Part shown: piece after piece, positions 57,960 to 64,000 of the stretch
Position numbering within the stretch: position 1 is the stretch's first letter
Layout of the letters: every line of letters begins with the position of its first letter
Assembly: GCA_035699805.1 (NCBI GenBank)
Contig: DASSPF010000147.1
Span: 143-64,142, forward strand
DNA from: Candidatus Limnocylindria bacterium
Lineage (GTDB): Bacteria; Chloroflexota; Limnocylindria; P2-11E
Direction: 5' to 3'
Length of the DNA stretch: 64,000 nt
Made by a program: the position numbers and the translations under genes
Notes under the pieces: model-generated
What the model saw: the letters and a program-made list of their open reading frames with translations, nothing else
The model's database searches: none
Told to the model about the DNA's origin: nothing

Positions 57960-60900
57960 TCACCACTCCTCGGCGAGCTTCTGGAGGTACTGGCGATCGC
58001 CGAGCGCGGCGAGGCGCCGATCGGCATCCGCGCGGTCGTTCTCGTCCCGGGTGCGCAGCGCCAGCAGGGTCGCCGCACGTGCGGCGTCCGCGACGAGATG
58101 CCCCGCATCGAGCGACGCGATCGCCCGCCGCACGTCCGCGTCACCGGCGTTCAGCGCCCGCGCGAGCTCGACGCGCAGGCGCAAGACCGGCGGCATCTCG
58201 CTGTTGCGCCGCTCGACCGTCCGCAGCTCTTCCTCCATGAGCTGCTCGCCGAGGTCGAAGAGCAACAGTGCGATCAGCTCGCCCTTGCGGTCGGCGCCGC
58301 CGCCGATCTGGCTGGTGACGGCGGCCCGCGCGGCGGCGGCGTCCCGGTCGATGAACGCGACCCAGAAGGGCCGCGAGTCAGCGGCGAGCAGCGGCACGTT
58401 GGCGATGTTCACGAACGCGCTCCGGTAGCGCGCCAGGCGGGTGGTGTCACCGCGGGCCGCCGCGACGCGAAGGGCCGCGACCCAGCCGGGGTACATGAAG
58501 CGGCCGGCGTTCAGCCGCGATTCCTCGAGCATCGTGACCATGAGGTCGCCCAGGACGAAGACCTCGTCCCAGCGCCCGCAGAGCATCGCGGCGTACGTCG
58601 CCCAGGCCGCGGAGTGGGCGGTCATGTACACCGGCTCGCTCGCGCGCAGACTGCGCCGGGCGTCGCGATACGTGTCCGTGGCCTCGTCGTGGCGGCCGAG
58701 GTAGACCAGGTCCCAGATCGCGACGCTCCACGCATCGATCCGCTCGAGCAGGCTGAGGCGGTCGACCTTGGCGAGCCGCTCGCGTGTGTAGGCCAGGGCC
58801 CGCTCCGGATCGCCGAACGCGGTGCGCTCGAGCGAGGCGAGCGCATCCAGGGCCTCGCTCTCCGCCTCGATGTCGCCGCGCTCGGCGTACAGCGTGCGGG
58901 ACCGCTCGACCTCGCCCGCGAGCTCACGGAGCTCGCCGCGCTCGGACTCCGGAGCGCGCATGACGTGGAAGGCCCGTGCGAACGCGAGCTTCGCCTCGAC
59001 GAGCGGGTCGGGGCCGCGGTCGAGCAGCCGCCGTGCCTCCGCCGCGAGCGTCGCGAACTCCGCGGGCTCCATGGGCTTGCTGATCGAGCCCGCCCAGCGC
59101 GCGGCCACCCCGAGCTGCTTGACGATGAGCCGGGCACCGGTCCGCGGATCGCCGTCGGCCTGCGCGCGCCAGCGCGCGACGGCCTCCGCGTACCCCGTGA
59201 TGGCCTCGTCTCCGAACTGCATGAGATCGCCGACGAGCTCGTGCTGGCGGAGATGCTCGCTCGGCGGCGAGAGGCGCATCGCCTCGCGCATCTGCTCGGC
59301 GGCCTCGCGAAAGGCGCCGACGTTCGCGGCGGCGCGGGCGGCCCGCTCCAGCGCCGCGGCGACCGCGTCCACGGCGAGGCCGTCGGGCACGCGGTTCCCC
59401 GGCGACAGCGCGATCGCCTGCCGGTAGTGGTACGCGATGAGCTCGGTGAATTCCTGGCCCGCGCCGCTCTGCTCCTCGAGCCAGTGGGCGAGGCGGATGT
59501 GCGCGCGGACGCGCTCGGCGCGCGGGAGCGTCGCATAGGCGACCTCGCGGATGACGATGTGCCGGAACGTGTAGGCACCGCCGCCCTGCGCCACCAGAAG
59601 GTCGCGGTCGGCGAGCGCGTCGAAGGCATCGGCGATCGTCGTCTCCGGCAGCTCCGCGAGCAGCGCGCCCACCGCCGCGACGCGCGCGGTCCGGCCCGCG
59701 ACCGCGGCGTACTCGAGCACCGACCGCTCCGGCGGCGGCAGCGCGTCGATGCGCGAGAGCACCGTGGCGTGCACGGTGTCCGGCAGGGTGATCTCCTCAT
59801 CGCGCTTCCCGGCGCGATGCAGCTCCTCGTACGCGCGCACCAGCTCGCCGACGAAGAACGGGTTCCCGCCGGCGCGCTCGACGATCGCGTTCGCGATCGG
59901 ACCAGGGACGCTCTCGGTCATGATCGAGACCAGGCGGAGGGTCTCCTCGCTGGTGAGCGGCTCGAGCCCGATGGACGTGAAGTTGCGCCGGCCACCACCC
60001 CAGGTGGGCCGGCGGTCCAGCAGCTCCGGCCGGGCGAGCGCGAACATGACGAGCGGCGCGGTGGTCCGGCTGGTGGTCACGTGCTCCACCAGGTCCAGCA
60101 GCGTGTCCGACGCCCAGTGCAGGTCCTCGAACACCACGAGCAGCGGTCCCCGCAGGGCAAGCGCCTCGATGAGCAGGCGCCAGGCGCTGAAGATCTCCTC
60201 GCGATCGCGGCGCTCGGAGTCGGGCGTGTCGCCCAGGGTCGTCCCGATGAGGAGCGCCAGGCGGCCGGCCTCCTCGGCGCCGTGGCCGGCGGATACGAAG
60301 ACGTCGCGCAGCAGCGGTGCGGCGTCCTCGGTGCGGGTGATCCCGAGAAGACCGCGGACGAGCCCGCGGAGGGGGAGGAACGTCACCGCGGCGCCGTAGG
60401 GCAGGCACTGGGCGGTCGCGACGATCACCCGCTCGTCGGCAAGGCGCGTGGCGAACTCCTCCACCAGGCGCGACTTGCCCGTGCCCGCGGGGGCGGTGAT
60501 CGTGACCAGCTGCGGGCGCCGCTCGCCGAACGCCCGCTGCGCGACGAGGTCGAGCTGCGCCAGGTCGTGCTCGCGGCCGAGGAACGGCGCGCGCGCGACC
60601 CGGCGCTCGGCGAGGCGCTCGAGGAGGATCGACCCGCCGATCGGCTCGCGCTTGCCCTTCACCGCGATCTGCTGCTCGTCGGCGAAGCGGAAGGTCGAGA
60701 CGGCGCGGCGGGTGCGCTCGCCCACCAGGATCCCGCCGGGCTCGGCGTGCTGCTGCAGCCGCGCGGCGACGTTCACCGCGTCACCCGTGACGAGGAAATC
60801 CCCGGCCGCGCTCTCGCGCGCGGCGACCACCTCGCCGGTGTTCACGCCCATGCGCAGGGCGAGCGCCGCCGTCTGCGGATCCTTCGCGACCGCCTCCCGG

Positions 60901-61202
60901 AGCGCGAGGGCGGCGGCGAGCGCGCGCTCCGCGTCGTCGCCGTGCGCCTGCGGGATGCCGAACACGGCCATGACCGAATCACCGATGAACTTCTCGAGCG
61001 TGCCACCGTGCGCGGCGATGACCTCGCGCGCGATGCCGTAGTAGCGGCCGAGGAGCGCGCGGACGTCCTCCGGGTCGCTCGACTCGCCCATCGCGGTCGA
61101 ACCGGTGACGTCCGCGAACAGGATCGTGACGACGCGGCGCTCCTCTGGCACTGCGCGATTCTCGCGGCCTGCGGTCCCGTACGCCAGCCCGCCCCTGCCC
61201 AT
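57960..61202 (-). CDS. Class III adenylate/guanylate cyclase domain - AAA/NB-ARC-like ATPase - TPR/helical C-terminal domain protein (STAND-like signalling ATPase).
   Basis: '[14 protein letters not shown]...[11 protein letters not shown]' cyclase, then Walker A '[13 protein letters not shown]', and a long helical C-terminus with no LuxR helix-turn-helix. The chosen start, M42 of the ORF at 61202, gives a 13-nt gap to the divergent lepA start at 61216; the upstream in-frame Mets would overlap it. Confidence 0.7.
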   Translation of the reverse strand: MGRGGLAYGTAGRENRAVPEERRVVTILFADVTGSTAMGESSDPEDVRALLGRYYGIAREVIAAHGGTLEKFIGDSVMAVFGIPQAHGDDAERALAAALALREAVAKDPQTAALALRMGVNTGEVVAARESAAGDFLVTGDAVNVAARLQQHAEPGGILVGERTRRAVSTFRFADEQQIAVKGKREPIGGSILLERLAERRVARAPFLGREHDLAQLDLVAQRAFGERRPQLVTITAPAGTGKSRLVEEFATRLADERVIVATAQCLPYGAAVTFLPLRGLVRGLLGITRTEDAAPLLRDVFVSAGHGAEEAGRLALLIGTTLGDTPDSERRDREEIFSAWRLLIEALALRGPLLVVFEDLHWASDTLLDLVEHVTTSRTTAPLVMFALARPELLDRRPTWGGGRRNFTSIGLEPLTSEETLRLVSIMTESVPGPIANAIVERAGGNPFFVGELVRAYEELHRAGKRDEEITLPDTVHATVLSRIDALPPPERSVLEYAAVAGRTARVAAVGALLAELPETTIADAFDALADRDLLVAQGGGAYTFRHIVIREVAYATLPRAERVRAHIRLAHWLEEQSGAGQEFTELIAYHYRQAIALSPGNRVPDGLAVDAVAAALERAARAAANVGAFREAAEQMREAMRLSPPSEHLRQHELVGDLMQFGDEAITGYAEAVARWRAQADGDPRTGARLIVKQLGVAARWAGSISKPMEPAEFATLAAEARRLLDRGPDPLVEAKLAFARAFHVMRAPESERGELRELAGEVERSRTLYAERGDIEAESEALDALASLERTAFGDPERALAYTRERLAKVDRLSLLERIDAWSVAIWDLVYLGRHDEATDTYRDARRSLRASEPVYMTAHSAAWATYAAMLCGRWDEVFVLGDLMVTMLEESRLNAGRFMYPGWVAALRVAAARGDTTRLARYRSAFVNIANVPLLAADSRPFWVAFIDRDAAAARAAVTSQIGGGADRKGELIALLLFDLGEQLMEEELRTVERRNSEMPPVLRLRVELARALNAGDADVRRAIASLDAGHLVADAARAATLLALRTRDENDRADADRRLAALGDRQYLQKLAEEW

Positions 61203-61215
61203 ACGCTTGAGGTCT

Positions 61216-63020
<1,805 letters not shown>

Positions 63021-63024
<4 letters not shown>

Positions 63025-63518
63025 GAGCGCCCCGGCTCCAGTTCGATCACCCGACGCAGCTCCTGGCGTCCACGTTCCTGCGCGCGGCGGCGGAGGGGGA
63101 TGCCGCGGCGATGTGGGCGGCGCTCTCGCGTGAGACGCGCGGGCTGCTCGAGGGCCTGTACGCCGCGCAGGTCGGCGTGTCGCTGCGCAACGCGGCCGGG
63201 GTGAGCGGCGACGCGACGGACGAGCGCCTGGCGACCGTCCTCGCGCCGCTGCGCGCCTCGCTGCTCGAGGCGCTCGGGGCGGAGCGCATCGGCGGCTACG
63301 GCGTCTCGAACGCGCGTCTGGCCGATCGCCACACCGCCTACGTCCTGCTGCTCCCCGACTTCGGCGAGGAGCGGGTCGTCGATGAGAGCGAGTGGAAGCC
63401 CTCGCATCTCCTCGCGTTCGTCCACGAGTCGCGCGAGTGGCTGCTCGACCTCGGCGCGACCGCCGCGCTCTCCGCCGACGCGGAGCTGCCCGATCCTCTC
63501 GGAGCGATACGGCGATGA
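63021..63518 (+). CDS. Hypothetical protein, no recognisable domain. ATGA-coupled to the lepA stop.
   Basis: ORF in the lepA-hemW gap with overlapping start and stop codons on both sides. Confidence 0.4.
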
Positions 63519-64000
63519 CAACGGTCGACGCGGCGATCTCGCTGTATGTGCACATCCCGTTCTGTGCGGCACGGTGCCCGTACTGCGACTTCGCGACGGC
63601 TCCGGCGACGTCGGCGCTGCGGGCGCGATATCTGGATGCGCTCGCGCGCGAGCTGCGCGAGCAGGGCGCGGCGCTCGGACAGTCCGTGGTGCGCACGCTG
63701 TACGTCGGCGGCGGGACGCCCAGCCTGCTCGAGCCCGATGAGGTCGCAGCACTCGGCGAGGCGATGCGCTCCTCGTTCCGCCTCGAGCTCGCCGAGGCCA
63801 CGGTCGAGGCGAACCCGGCGACGCTCGACCGCGCGCGCCTGGAGGCCTGGGTCGCGCTCGGTGTCACGCGCCTCTCGCTCGGCGCACAGTCGCTCACCTC
63901 TGCCGGCCTGCAGGCCCTCGGGCGCACGCATCAGCCCGCGGACGTCGAGCCGGCGGTCCTCGCCGCTCGCTCGGTCGGCCTGGACGTGAGCATCGATCTC
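63515..64000 (+). CDS. hemW: Radical-SAM heme chaperone HemW (HemN-like), 3'-truncated by the window edge.
   Basis: 'LYVHIPFCAARCPYCDF' is the CxxxCxxC radical-SAM motif in the HemW/HemN N-terminal context. The frame is open to the window end. A lepA-hemW neighbourhood is common. Confidence 0.8.
   Translation, partial: MTTVDAAISLYVHIPFCAARCPYCDFATAPATSALRARYLDALARELREQGAALGQSVVRTLYVGGGTPSLLEPDEVAALGEAMRSSFRLELAEATVEANPATLDRARLEAWVALGVTRLSLGAQSLTSAGLQALGRTHQPADVEPAVLAARSVGLDVSIDL

Noticed and set aside
61105-61215. 5' extension of lepA to the ORF-track start at 61105.
   Set aside because: EF4 proteins begin a few residues before the G1 motif. The extension would overlap the divergent STAND gene start. 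The internal ATG at 61216 was chosen.

Overview
High-GC (about 70%) bacterial chromosomal segment with roughly 55 protein-coding genes, densely packed. Many are translationally coupled through 4-nt ATGA/GTGA overlaps. No rRNA, tRNA, CRISPR, IS element or phage gene was recognised.

Contents in order:
- 5'-truncated ExeM/NucH-type secreted nuclease, a cupredoxin, a YceI lipoprotein, an aquaporin and a small lamin-tail-domain protein.
- Seven-gene c-di-GMP/two-component signalling operon on the minus strand (5369-14871).
- o-Succinylbenzoate synthase/N-succinylamino-acid racemase homologue with an adjacent GNAT.
- cAMP module: standalone cNMP-binding protein, receptor Ser/Thr kinase with a PPC domain, and a PAS-adenylate cyclase.
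- Partial histidine-utilisation genes: a formimidoyltransferase-like protein (FtcD-like), an NTF2-like protein and HutI; then a pirin.
- Orphan NrfC/NrfD-like iron-sulfur plus membrane quinol-dehydrogenase module, followed by a bitopic membrane protein and two lipoproteins. It sits divergent from an OmpR/HK two-component system, with repeated TGAGRG motifs in the shared promoter.
- CoA and pantothenate biosynthesis genes: coaD-coaX-coaBC and panB-panE, then MFS-panC on the opposite strand.
- Glycoside-metabolism operon ending in panC: GT-A, a GDE-like glycoside hydrolase, GT4, and a USP-USP-GpgS fusion.
- DedA followed by a membrane PAP2 phosphatase fused to a GH38 alpha-mannosidase.
- Sugar ABC ATPase (MsiK-like) coupled to a proline-rich DUF4388 protein, then a ROK kinase.
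- gap-pgk-eno, rpsT, murJ, a cyclase-AAA-TPR STAND-like protein, lepA, and the start of hemW.

The most novel-looking candidates are the cofactor-poor NrfCD-like operon with its lipoprotein partners, the DedA/PAP2-GH38 pair, the USP-GpgS fusion, and the seven-gene signalling operon. Most long ORFs antisense to these genes are Arg/Pro-rich artefacts of high GC and are rejected below.
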